DNA of 64,000 bases from Schizochytrium sp. TIO01 (Eukaryota; Protista; Bigyra: Labyrinthulomycetes). Shown here in pieces: positions 22,588 through 35,620 of the stretch (position 1 is the first letter of the stretch; each line of letters starts with the position of its first letter). The notes under the pieces are model-generated. The model worked only from the letters and a program-made list of their open reading frames with translations. It was not told the origin of the DNA and made no database searches. The stretch covers positions 697,859-761,858 of the forward strand of contig SMSO01000006.1 of NCBI GenBank assembly GCA_004764695.1, given 5' to 3'. A program made the position numbers and the translations under genes.

Positions 22588-25500
22588 ATCGACAGCCCAA
22601 TCGTTGGCATTGAAAGCACTTCAAACTAACTGCTCAACCAAAGCAGTCGTGTCCACCTCTGCTCGAAGCGGTTTCTTTCTGTGAATGAGATTCTTCTGTC
22701 TTGACATTAGCTGTCCGTTCGAGACGACGCCGCTGCCATGGAGGCCGAAGAAGCCTCAATCGGCAAGAGCCTGCTCCGCTCTGAAGTAGGGACCACCACG
22801 CTCCAGCCTAATCTGCGTGGAATCATCCACTGAAGCAGGGGCCTGGGCCCATTCATACACGGCACAGCAGACAACTTTGGTACCTGGGTGGCAGTGCGTG
22901 GACCGAAGCTGGCTCGCCAATTTCAAAGCGTAGCTCAAACTGGCGAAAGGAGAACCGTCGTAAGCCTGGTCAATGCGTTGTTTGTTGGATTCTATTCAGT
23001 TTGTGAAAAACCAACTTTAATGTGCAGAGAGACCGCGGGATGAACACGAAGTCATTTGCGAAGAGGCGGCACTCAGACCTATTCAACAATAGTGTGCTGC
23101 TCTGAGAAGGAGTGACATTAGAGCAGATTGGGTCCATAATAGAACTTTGGGCTCATTACCTACCATTCACTTTCGAACTTCGGTGGTGTGCGAAACAGTG
23201 CATGCAAATCTGGCACATCACTATTCACAAGAAAGCCAGCCCCTAGAACTGCTACAGACAAACAGCCATGCATTTTTTGCATTTGCATTTGCTAGTTGCG
23301 TTTGCATTCGCATTTGCATTTGCTGGTTGCATTTGCGGCTATTCTGCGAAATGCACTGCGTTCAACTCGTGATTGCCGATACTATGTACCTTCAAATACC
23401 AAATCTCTTAGCGGGAGGGCTTGATGGGAAAGTAAGAAAACCAGCGAGGGTGTGCACTCCCGTTACACGCAGTGATCTAAGTTAGGGGTGCCTCACGTTC
23501 AAGTCCAAGTTATAGCATGATCGCCTAAACTCAAATTGTGGCTGCATATCTACCTACGCACAGGACTTAAGATACATAAAGGAGAACTTTTGGACCGAGT
23601 GCGATGTCCCAAGTTTGGTAAATCACCAACTAAATTGGACCAAAGCTCACGGTCTTGCTGCAGACTTAGAGCAGCACGGGTGTTTCACATGCACAAAGCC
23701 AAATAGATTGACCTGCGATAAGCTTCATGTCCACACACGCAGTTTGAGCTCTACTCGGTTGTGAAGTAGTTTCTTCGCTTTTCGCATAAGACTGACAACA
23801 CAGACTAAAGAAGAGATACAGAAAAGGCGACCGAGTTCATTCCTGTGCAAGCGATTTGTATCATTTCTATGTGGCAAGATAGTTAGTTAAATGGCACCGC
23901 TTCGCCTTAAGTCTTGCGACACAGCATAAGCGGTCGTGGCGTTCGCGGGTCTCTGCTTATTTGTTTTAGTCTCTTTCTTGCCATTACCACTGCGGTAAAC
24001 TTTAATTTAAACAGTTTAGTCGAATTAAAAGTCTATCTGAGTGGCCACGAGCAAAAGAGTCCGGACATTGGGAAGATGTCCCTACATTCTAAACATCATG
24101 TATTCTTTTTTCTTTTTTCATTAAAGAATTAAGTTCATTATTATGGTGCCTGGAGAAAGCTTTAGAGTGTAAATTAAAATCAATTGCTTCAGGTTTTGGG
24201 TGTTTATGCAGGTAAGGAATTGATCAAAAAAATCTGACTGGCGAGAATAATATAATACAACCCAGGTAGATAAGGCTTATGGAGCCTTGGCTTGATGCCT
24301 ATTTAGGTCGACCGATTTCATGACAGGAGTTTTCTCGGGGTTCTGTGAAGCTGAAAACACGAAGCAAGAGACTTTTAAAATGATGAAAGGGAGCCTAATA
24401 GCCCCTGTCTTTTTATTTATTTATTTGTTTGTTACTTATTATTTATTATTTTAAATTCCAACTTTTAAATTAGTACTTGGCTGTTTTTATAAAATCGATT
24501 GCCTCATTCTTTCCATACTAGTATCTGTATCATTCAGAGAGTCCATCATCTTTCTACAGCCCAGCATCATGCAACCCAGAACATATATAGCTCATACTTA
24601 AAACAATGCAAATACATAGCACTACTTACCTGCTCACTATAGGCAATCTTTCTCATACTGATAAAACTGTGCCGTGCATTTATCATATGTACAAAAAATA
24701 ATGGACAGGAACATTACCTCTTAATATGATTGTTATTGTTTACCATAGCCAATCATGGACGGCAAATGAATACCTCAACAACTGTACTAGAGCTGATCCA
24801 CAACGACATGAGAACATTGCATCAAACTTTGATGCAATTCTAGCATACTCAAGCTGCTGACTTGCAAACCAGAGCTCGGTCATCCACTTCAGCAGCTATT
24901 CTAAAACTAGCGTGGGAGGAGTAGTTAAGAACCCTTATTTTATGTGAGACATCTATCTACCTCGGCTGATAGTGTCCATCGGATTTATTTACACACTCAT
25001 CTTTGCCATCGTTCTTCTACCAGGTGCAGCAAATTTTTATTTAATTTAGTTTTAAATAAAATTCATGTTTATGTAAAAAGCTACAAGGAAAGTTTTTTTG
25101 TTTTTTTGTTTTTTAAAAGTAATATGCCTATGCCTCTAGGCTAGATCCTATCAATACTAGCCAGGTATTCCATTCGGGAACAATACCAAGGAGAAATTAG
25201 CCAGCTTACTTCTTAGCGATCTTCCCGAGTAAGCTGCCGAGGAGATCAGAATCTCAATCGTTTGGTGATTGATATCGGATGCCACTCATTAGACAAACTT
25301 GAAGAGCATCACAGTGAATTCAGCACGTATGACAACCCTAAATCAGCCCGCCTTATCAGAACCAAGCATAAGCACGACGTGGATGAAATCTGTCTGAAAC
25401 AAAACGATAAGGGGAGATCTATTGACAGCTAGGAGTGCCAACAAACTCTTTTTTCTTTTCTTTTTTCCCTTTTACTTCCTTTTCTTCGTAATCTTTTGCC

Positions 25501-28500
25501 TCTGTTTCTGTCTCTGTCTCTTTTCCGGATTGACTGGAGTGACCCCAACTTTTATGTATTATGGGTAGAGGCCACCCACTGCTTCTGTACCGACATATAC
25601 GCGTATGTATGTCCATATCCATGTTCATTCTCCCATTTACAATTGCTACCCTGCAAAATTACATCGGGGAAAAGCGAGAAGAAGAAGAACTTACTTTAGG
25701 TTGTAGCTAGTTCCTGCTGGGATGACAGTTTTGCCGAACTGGAAACACCCCATTGTTTCGCATGGCGTTTGCAGTTTAGTGCCTCTTCTATGGCATCATG
25801 CCACCTCTTTTCAGAAAAAGACTTTCAGACGGAGACACACGAACCAAATGTCATAATTCGAGCAAGCCCTATGTGCTACAAAATTCTAATCTCTTGCCAA
25901 AGTTTGCACACACCTAAACAACTGTAGCCCCACTGAGTAATATGCGCTTTCCAGAGAAGTTAAATCGCTGAAGAGATCACACTTTGGATAAACTTGCAGT
26001 GTCTACTCACAAGAGCAACTTTCAAGTGTAAAACATCATACAATCGAATGCACAGAGGGGTACTACAGACCCGCAAGAGCAATAGTTTTGGGACATCGAA
26101 ATTCATTGTTCGCAGTCTTTCTCCTGAAAAGAAACATTCTACCTAGCTAGTAGTTTTTAATGTGCTTAAAAATAAAATAAACTATAAACAATAAACTAAA
26201 GGCTAACAGTGGTACATAATAGATAGATACTCGTTATAAGAATTTAAGTTCTCTTTTTCTGTTCGTTCTTATCAGCATTTTTAGTCCTATTTATAATTTT
26301 TTGAGAAGGCAAAAAATTCGACAGAGGAACTAAAAAGGCGTAAGACGTGTGTCCTGGGTTTCATACTATTTGTTTTACAAGCAGAGCAAAGAGACAGCAA
26401 CACAACAAAATAATTGAGTCACAATTTTTCACGTTTATTTGTATCTAAGAGTTATATCATAGTTGTTGCATTAGGATGGTTGACAGTTTTCATATTGTTT
26501 GATGACCGATTTGTATTGTATGGGGTGTATTTAATTTAATTTTTCAAAAGTTCGATTTTGATCACCTACTCGCTCTGAATCGATCACTTCCTGTCTGTAG
26601 AGAGAGGAAATGCTAATATTATCCATGCGACAAATTTGAGCACACCCACGTTCGTGTCTGAAACTTGAACTAAAACTTTTCAATATCTAAAGTACTGTAA
26701 ATCTTGCTCAATTATAAATTTGAATTCAGCTTCACACGCGACGAATTTGCATCGTCCTATTCTCTCTTTTTTAATGTACCATTAACGATCCTTCAACCCA
26801 TACAGCTTTAAATCATCACATCTATTTACATTTCCCAAATCCAAATGTGTAGTTAAAAATTAGGACTAAGTGAAGGGTTTTATGTATTTCAAATTGAAAA
26901 GTAAAATTAGGTAGATTGTGGAATGTATACCGGGTCTTAGTAAGAGCAGTTATTGATGGGCATTGATACTCTTAACAGAAGCGATGTTCTCCCGATGAGG
27001 AACTCTATGTTTCTTCCATTTTCTCTAAACAATATCAATGAGAGGCTCCTCTCTTCCTGTTTCATGGAATACGGAGGTGCGTCCATCAAATGCACACTTA
27101 TTAAACGGGAGCTAGTGCATGCTGAGCCGATTGAATACTGACTAAACTAACTATCTTTCGGCACCAAATGCCATGCCATCTCTTTCCTGTCTAGTGGTGA
27201 ATTAACCTACTGCGACCATGTGAAGTGTTAGCCTCCAGGGCGTTAGAATCAACGACACAGACAGATACGTCTGCGTTACACTCGTTGCGTTTACACCCCA
27301 CGACTGCTTCCCGCAAGGCTTCTGTCGTTCTTTTCCCATTGTCGTTCTTGCTTTCCCTAAATTGAGAATCTCGATTTTCTTCTTCCTTGAAATCGTCGAT
27401 GGCGTTTTCGTTGCTTTAAACATTATAGTTTTCTTTGCTCTTTTTCTTAAACTCTATTTGTCTTCTTCTCTCTTTTTCAACTTGTATTACCTTCACCAAC
27501 TGTATCTTGAGCTGACGTAGAACTCAAAAGTTAATCTATTATTTTATTCCTAACAAAGCCGTATTTTATTTTATTTTGTTTAATTTTTTTTGCAAAGAAT
27601 AAGAGATATTTGGGCAGCAAGTGTATACCTCTAGAGAAGAGGTAATAAAGGGCCATGTGGAACATATATTTTAAAGTAGAGAAGCGACTCCAAAATCTTC
27701 AGGGCAATTTCTGCATAGACACGTGCATTCCCGCTTTTGGCAGCCAGAACAGGAACGCAACTGTTTACAACGGGCATGCCTCAACCGTTGCAGCAAAACT
27801 TATTTTACTACATTCCGTGAAGCGCTTCACTTTCGGAATCGGCCTACGAGACATTGAGACATAGTTTGTCGACTTGTGAGTGTCGTCGCCCACGCAGAGC
27901 TAGCTAGATTTCACCCCCATCATATGAACTGGGTGAAAGACATTATCATCAGTGGTCGCAGGCATTGTAATGTTTTGGTGTCAAAGTCTTCACGGTTTGA
28001 AGCTATTCCCATTGCCAGCATCGTTACAACGTGCGTTTGCTGAGACACAAAAGAGCAGCGTATTGGTGGTAGAAGATGTTTCAGCCAACGGGCTGGAGTC
28101 TGCGGTTCAGTAATGTGTAGCTGGTGCTTGAAGCGACAAGCTTTGTCTGGTTCATCTTGTGGTATCGCATTTTGTTAAAAACCTCCCACTATGTTGCTAA
28201 TAGCTCCTTCTTGCGAATGTCAGTGCCAAGGTAGGTAGGCAGCTTGGGAGGAGGACTTTAGCGAACTCAAGCAGCAGGACGACTCCTTACGAGCTCGCGA
28301 CTTGACGGCCAGTCAGTCAGGGCATGCACGCCTTCCATTTATAGTGCAAATGTGCATGCTTCCTAAAAGATACCTCTGCAAGTAGCTAGCCTTGAAGATA
28401 GTTGCAAAGGAGCTAACTAACTATAAACATGTTTTAAAGATCTCGGTGGCTGCTGCAAAATTCTCCGTCTCATATATCTTAATTGCTTATTATGTGTAGA

Positions 28501-29340
28501 TTGTCTAGCTTGAGATGGACGTTCAGGTATGCTATGCACGCTGCAAAAACTAACAAGAGTTGCTAGTACTAGGTAGTAAGTAGGTGGTAGGCTTTTTGAA
28601 AAAAAGAATAAGTTTGTTTTCATTCATTTACAAAAGAAGGAAAGTTTACGTTTTGATAAAATGAAAATGAAAATATTAGGATGAAATCTCTGCTCCTTCA
28701 CTTGACCCAGGCGAACATTGATTAGACGGTCTGAACAAGAAACCGCCTTTCAGCTCCCATAATTGTATAAACTCCGGCAGCAGAGAACCTTCCCACGAGT
28801 CGCACTGGTCTTCTAGTCAAGGCGATCCTTCTTTACAGAGCCATTTGTACTTGAATCGGCGCAGAGGTCGAACCTCCTCCCCACGCGGCCATGCGGTGCA
28901 TCAGCAGCAAATAGTCTTACGAAGTTATGTGCTGTGCACGTGCACATTCTGTCCACTGTAAATGAACCAGCTTGAACTGGTCCAGAGCCATTCGCTACAA
29001 TTCGCAAAATGAGGCAGGTCTTTAGGTCCAAACCTGTGGCTCTCTGTGGCCTCGTCAACCACAACGGGCCATTCCTCCATGTACGGTGATATCAGCCAGC
29101 TGCTTGAAGTCCATTAGCGAGCAATTCCTTCAAGGCCAATCTCGATGATGACACACGGAGCGCTTTGGTTTAAGTTCGCCATTCTTTCTATCTTTGTCTC
29201 TTTCTCTCTTTCTTTCGCATTGAACAGATAGATGTACAGAGGAACAGATGAGCAGATGAACAGAACAGCATTGTCCTAGAGAGGACCAATTCGATCGGCC
29301 CTCTCACAGAGTACGCAGTGGGTGCATTCTAAGTTGCCGG

Positions 29341-29380
<40 letters not shown>
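29341..29380 (+). repeat. (GACA)10 microsatellite
   Basis: Directly visible. Confidence 0.95.
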
Positions 29381-29382
<2 letters not shown>

Positions 29383-32300
29383 TCAGAGTGCAGGTTGAGG
29401 GACGGCGATGTGTTTGTCGAGCACCGGGAAGATGCCTCTCGCGCCTCATCCTTGTTGCCGCTATTCTGCTGCTGCTGATTATATAAGTCCGCGCGATGGG
29501 CTTTTGATTGAAAGCATAGCCTTTTCGACTTCTCCCTATTTTACAGCCATATTCGTAGTAGATAGATACGGATGTACTCAAAGTGAGCAGACACTAGCTG
29601 TCCCTCCTAGCACTCCACTAGGACCCTGCTGCTGCGTGCATTGATTGTTGAAAGCAGAGAATCTTTGCGAGCACTACTACTACTACTACTGCTGCTACTG
29701 CTGCTACTACTGTGAGTATACTTCTGACTTTTGTATAGAACAGCACAGAAAAAGCTTTCTAAAGTTGATCGCGCACCCTTCTAAACGACATAGCGACATA
29801 GGATTCTGCCGTCGTAAATCAATCCAGCACAGAGCGTCGTCGCCCTGTTTATTCGCATACCCTTCAACCGCAGTCATCGCGTACTCGCGGATCTCAGCAG
29901 CCAAGAAAGCGAGAAAGAACGAAAGAAAGAAAGAAAGGAAGAGAGAGAGAGAGAGAGACGACTCAGAGGCACCTGAGGCACGATAGGAGTCAATGAATCG
30001 AAGAATCAATCAAAGATGGCGTTGAAGGAGCAAGCTGAATACATACCACTTAGATAGGTAGGTAGGAAACTGCCTAGTGCCTGCTTTGGATTCAAGAAGA
30101 GAGGCATTATCTCTGATCTTTTATGTGCATCAGAGAATGCATGTGAGGCAAAGTGTGTTCATCTGCGCACCCATCAGACTCGTACACGGTGTACCCTCCC
30201 GCTAAGGGTTGGCTACCGCGGCATAGGGCACCACCACTCCTACCCTGTTTGATCATTGACGATCGATCAGCGAGGCGGTGCCTAGTACCTCATAAGCGCT
30301 GAGCAGTGTCTGCAGTTTGTGACAAAGAATGTCAGTCACGAACATTACTCATTCATTCACTCATTCATTCATTCACTCATTCATTCACTCATTCACTCAT
30401 CAAGCCAACTTGAAGTTGTACTTACTTGTTGTTCCTCAGCTTCCTCATCTCTCTCTCACTCGCTCACCAGTTCTCTAAGAAAGTATTTTAAGCTGATTTT
30501 TATTCTAGTTCCCCGCAGACAGACATATATACAGACGGAAAGACAGATCAACAGAAAACAAGGACCTTCGTCTGATAAATTATTTATTTAAAAAAAAACA
30601 CGAATTAATTTTTTATTTTTTTATGTAAATAAATATAAGTTGAGGAATTAAATACCACTCAAAGAAGGTTTGCAGCTGCCACGTATTTTATTTCTTTTTT
30701 TATTTACTTATAATAATAATAAAAAAGCTTTACCTACACCATTTTGTCATTTGATGTATTTTAATTTACAAAACTAAAACACTATTCGTGTATTGTATTT
30801 ATTCCAAAAAATTAATTTAGCACTCGCAACAACAAATAGTACATTGCAGGTAGTTAAAAGCTGATGATTGTACCTTAGGTCGGTTGGCTAGCACCGAATG
30901 GGATTCAGCCTTGACCGCTGTGGGAAGTCGACGGAATTCGTGTCCATGGTTTCCTATGCACTAGCTTCTATGAGTTCCTACATGCTAGTATTCGTCTACA
31001 ATCACTCACTCACTCACTCACTCTCACTCACTCACTACCTCCACAACTTGAGAACTTCTTCTCAAAAAGGCGAAACTACTTCCTCAGGACAGCTCGCAAG
31101 ACACGAGTCTCCGACCAAACAGCAGCCTGAGGCTGTCCAGGATGCGAGGTCGAGTGAGGATCCCGCGGAGCAAGTTCAACTCAGATCAGAACCTATCGTC
31201 GCGCTCCTCTGTTTTCGCCTGCCAATGCATTTTGGCATTTTTGCATTTTTGCATTTTGGCATTCTGCTCAAAATCTTTCCCCTCATTTTCTCTCTCACTT
31301 TGTTGCTATTACACGTAGAAGCTGTGAACCCAGTCCTCGCGACGAGAGGGACATCGGCTGCGCTCTGTGACAGAGAGAGAGGGAGAGAGAATCAGAGTGA
31401 GAAGGCGAAGAAGAGCTCTCTTTCCTGCGCGCGCCAAAGTTTGAGAAACTAAAGTTTCGCTGTCGTCATTGAGTCGCCTCGGTGAGTACTGGGACAGAGG
31501 CTGTTCTCCGCCGCTTGTTTGTTCGCGCTCCGTGGCTTCTTTCCTCTTTCTTTCGAAGCGTCTTCCTTCTCCTTAGCTCTTCCTTTTCCCTTTTAGAGTA
31601 AAGGTGTACTTTTAAAAGAATCTATTTTGAAGATATGATTTTTATTCTTTTCATGATCAACATTGAATAACGTAATTAATATAAACAGCTTGAAGATAGT
31701 ATTTATTTATTTGTTTGTTTGTTTAGTTATATTTATTTATTGTTGAAATGGAATGGAAAATAGAATGAAATAAAATACAGAATTAAACATCTTTTCAGGC
31801 GGAGGAAGCGGTCTCTGAGAAAGATTATGCGGTAAAGTGAGGGAGGATTTTCCCCTTCGACTCATGTGGGGCTTTCTCTCGTGAAGAAGACGATATCTGA
31901 CTTTTTCTTTGCCTGAGTAGGCTCTCGCTGCGCCTTCTTCTTTCTGAAGGAAGCTTCGAACGAAGCACTCAACAATTACTCGTGTACCTATGAACAGAGG
32001 GCGACCCTCGCTTGAAATGAAAGAAGAAACTAGCTAGCTGTGCTGCTACACAATACGGTAGGCTACAGATGTGGTAGTGGGTAGGTGAGCATTGCAATTT
32101 GGCATATAAGCAACGATGAGAATACATTCACTTTAATTAGGCTATGATTGGATGGAGCCTGGCGCGGCTTTGAAGAGCACCTCAGCTCCGCGGCATCTTT
32201 TCCATCGCCTTCTACAAACAAAAATAAACGAAAATAAACGGAAATGAACCGTAGCTACGTAGGCCAGCCAGGACCAGGTCTGCTTTCTTCGGCCTTCTTC

Positions 32301-33282
32301 TTCTTGTTGGTTTTCTCTGATCTGAGTCGGAATCAGCTGTTTCCGTTGAGTCTATTCTGTTTGATTGATTGATTGATTGATTGATTCTGCGTAGTTTAGC
32401 ATGGAGCAATCAATATATATGTATGTACCTAGCTAGCTAACTGATTAGAGAGTGCACAACAGCTTAACAAAAGAGCCTGCCAGACTGTTAAATAACTTCT
32501 GATCTTCAGGCATAAAATACCTTTTCTGTTTTAAATTTATTTCAAAATAGTTTGCTTTCGCATTATGATCATATCTCCGTTAACATTTTTATTCATTTAT
32601 TTATTTTAAATGAATCAGTGCTAGCGAGTCTTTTCGTATTTTTATTATATCTTTAAAGTACTGTATGTAAATAAATTTATTCTCAAAATAAAATACAAGT
32701 TTCATACTTCAAGAAAAACAAAATGATTTAAAAAACTAGCAAAAAGAAAAAAGGTCCCTCCGTGAGCAGAGGCTGGGACAGAATTTGAATAGGCTTTGTA
32801 ACCGCACTCGTCCTATTTGGAAAGAAGCAGCAATCACGAAATTAATTGGTTGATTGATCGTTCGACTGATCAATCGATCGATCAACCATCCTCTATCTGA
32901 AACGAGCGGTGAGGAGCTAGAAGGTGGTCCCCATGACTCCTCGCTTGCTTTCGATCGGCCATAAAAGATGCCTCCCTCCCTCCCTCCCAGCTAGCTAGCT
33001 CCTTGATGCTACGGAGGCCTCAGCGCCCGTTTGTTTCCTTCCACCCGGAAAGTCCTTGATGCCCTTTCCTCAAATCCTTTCAGTCCATACGCCATGTTCA
33101 ACTAGCTATCGCTACCAATTCCTACTGTTATGTAATTTTAGTTTCAACTGATCGCAAAACGTTGACTGTGAAAAACTGAGTTCAATACTTATTTTTCCAT
33201 TTTATTTTCTATAGAAACTACAAATAAAACTCTTTGCAGCTCTGTTTGTAACGAAGCAATGAATTAGGATATCTAAACACAG

Positions 33283-33328
33283 ATTCATTCATTCATTCAT
33301 TCATTCATTCATTCATTCGCACGCACGC
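33283..33328 (+). repeat. (ATTC)n followed by (GCAC)n
   Basis: Directly visible. Confidence 0.93.
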
Positions 33329-33840
33329 CCATCTATCGCATGCACTTGTTTCTGCGAATTACTCACCCATATTTGAGAAAGTGACTGCGTCGCCTCCAGT
33401 TCTGCTCCGGTGGTCGCACTTCAGAGACGGTGGAGACGGAGACGACCCCTTCGATGCCTTCCTTGACGCGCCGCTTTTCTCCTTCGAAGCGGCTCGAGCT
33501 CTCGAGTCCGAACGCCTCTTGACGCATGCATGGATGCATCGATCCATCCATCCATGCATGGATGCATCAGTTGGATTGTTTTTGCAAGCGAACAATGCTT
33601 TTGCAGATGAAGAAGAAGAAGACGAGAAATAGAAGTTAAGATAATAATAATAATAATAATAATAATAATGTTGCAACTATAAACGATGATGGTGATCGAT
33701 GTTTTCTTCTTGAGCTTTTGTTGGTGTTTCATTTGATTCATTTCAATCAGAATGTGAGTGGCTCGATTGGAAGAAGAGGAACACGCACGAAGAACGGAGG
33801 GCAGAGCCCTCGCTGTTTGTGGGGGCGCCTGTTCTTCTTT

Positions 33841-33876
<36 letters not shown>

Positions 33877-35129
33877 TTCAGTCAGTCAGAACCAACCGGG
33901 ATGTTCCTTGGTGCTTTGGAACGGACTCGATTCTGTCAACGCCCACTCCGCCTCTTACTTCTGAGACTGAGGAGGCACGCCTTTGAAGAAAGAAAGAAAG
34001 AGAGAAAGAAAGAAGGCCTCGCTTGGCAAACGAGAGCGTGCTCTCTATTGACGCACAATTTTGCGCGGGTTAGCGATTTTTGAAAGCTGGAGAACTGGTT
34101 TGACTGATTTCCCTTAGGCTGCCTGAGATTTTCGTGAACAGCTTGTTTCGCAGAATGCAATGCACAAATTTGAGTGCTTTCACTGCTCCCACCTCGTAGT
34201 ACTAGCTTAGGGATAGATAGACAGACAGACAGACAGATAGATAGGTAGCTGACCTCCTTTTGTTCTTGGTGTTCTTGCTCTTCTTCTTTTCAAGACAGCG
34301 GCACCTAAGCACTTCACTAACGAGGCATATACCATAGGAACCTTCTCTTCTACGTGGAGAACGAACGTCTTGAGCTATCTCAGGCTCCTCAGGCAGGAGA
34401 CTTTAAAGGTTCAAGTTGCTTGCATTCCAGGAAAGATGGCAGTATACATACGATCGTCAAATTTAGGCCATCTACAGTGGCACGGAAGTTTAGAACAACC
34501 TTGAAGGAGGCTGGAAGTTTTGCCTGATTTGATTCGGTGACATGATGCCTGAGATTGGGCTTTGGAATTCCAAGGACAGCTGGCGAATAAAGAGCCAAGG
34601 GTGCTTGTATCTAGGTATGTTTGTATGTACGTTGCGTGTGCGTCCTTTCAGCATTTCCTTTGCAACGACCATAAAATTGTGCGAATCGGACGTCACAGAC
34701 AGTAACATCTGGGTCATAAGAGGAGGCAAACTTCATCTTTCGAAATCGAATTCCATGATTGTCAGTCAGTCACAATGTTCCTGAAGCCCATCGCAAAATT
34801 TGAGGATGTTGAACTTATTGAGTTCTTTGTAAGGCGTTTTTTCTCTGCTCACCCAGAGGCTCAGCAAAGGCCGAAACTCCGTCGAATGAAGACATGAAAA
34901 CGCAACGAAGCTCATTGTCCTATGCGTCATAATCAGTCCTTGTGCAAGTGCAGAAGACGGCCTCTCGTGAGTTCTTCGTTTCGTTCTGATGCTACTCCCA
35001 CCCAAAAAAGGCAGTAAGCTTCCTTCCTCCTTCTGCCTATAGGCCTTACTATCTTTCAACCTGCTTTCCTGTGCATTCAGTATTTCTTTTGAGCTCAGAG
35101 ACTCTTTTGTTGTTTGTTTATATTTGGTG

Positions 35130-35620
35130 AGTTATGTATGAAAGCGAAGGCATCAATTTAATCAGGTTGCACGTTGAATGAGAGGTTCGTCGATTTCCTT
35201 TTGGCTGGGCTTCTTCGCGACCTAGCCATTTTACCAAGCAAGCCACCTTGCACTGTTTTTCCATGGTTATTCACTCTTCAATAGTTTTGGCCACCTCTGC
35301 TTCTTGTGGCGGTAGCATCTCACAAGCAAGATACAGTTTGAAACATTACCCGTCTGCGCTCTCTACATCGCTAATCCCACCTGCCTTCATTTTGGGCTGC
35401 ATGAGCATAGGAACCAAATCTACAATCAAAATGACCTCCGGCAATCTAGCATCTCCAACCTATGAGACCGCCGTCGGTCATTTCCAAAAACCGCCCAGTG
35501 CAACGAATTCTACTATTGTTAACTCTAGCAGGGCATCTACTGATAATTTTTTTCTTTCAACAACTTTATAGAATTGCCCTGCTGCACGTGCTCGCCTGGG
35601 CCAGACTAAAGACCCATGCA
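35130..35620 (-). pseudogene. Decayed coding fragment with a chromodomain-like segment (possible chromovirus integrase C-terminus remnant)
   Basis: One minus frame is rich in G-initial codons with few stops. It reads GQFYKVVERKKLSVDALLEL ... KLYLACEMLPPQEAEVAKTIEE*ITMEKQCKVACLVKWLG (LVKWLG at 35237-35220). This resembles GPY/F and chromodomain EVEKI..R...YLVKW.G motifs, but the TWEP motif is not seen. Confidence 0.3.

Noticed and set aside
24770-24812. TTVLELIHND resembling a copia integrase LELIHSD
   Set aside because: Isolated match; the flanking integrase motifs are absent.
27202-27520. Minus-strand purine-rich frames resembling a CENP-B/pogo HTH or coiled coil
   Set aside because: Explained by base composition; no DDE region follows.
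28813-29180. WRNGPLWL motif reminiscent of BEL/Pao elements
   Set aside because: A single short motif without the preceding NPAD..SRG or other domains.
30898-31452. 184-aa plus-strand ORF
   Set aside because: Runs through TCAC, GCATTTT and GA repeats, with no homology cues.
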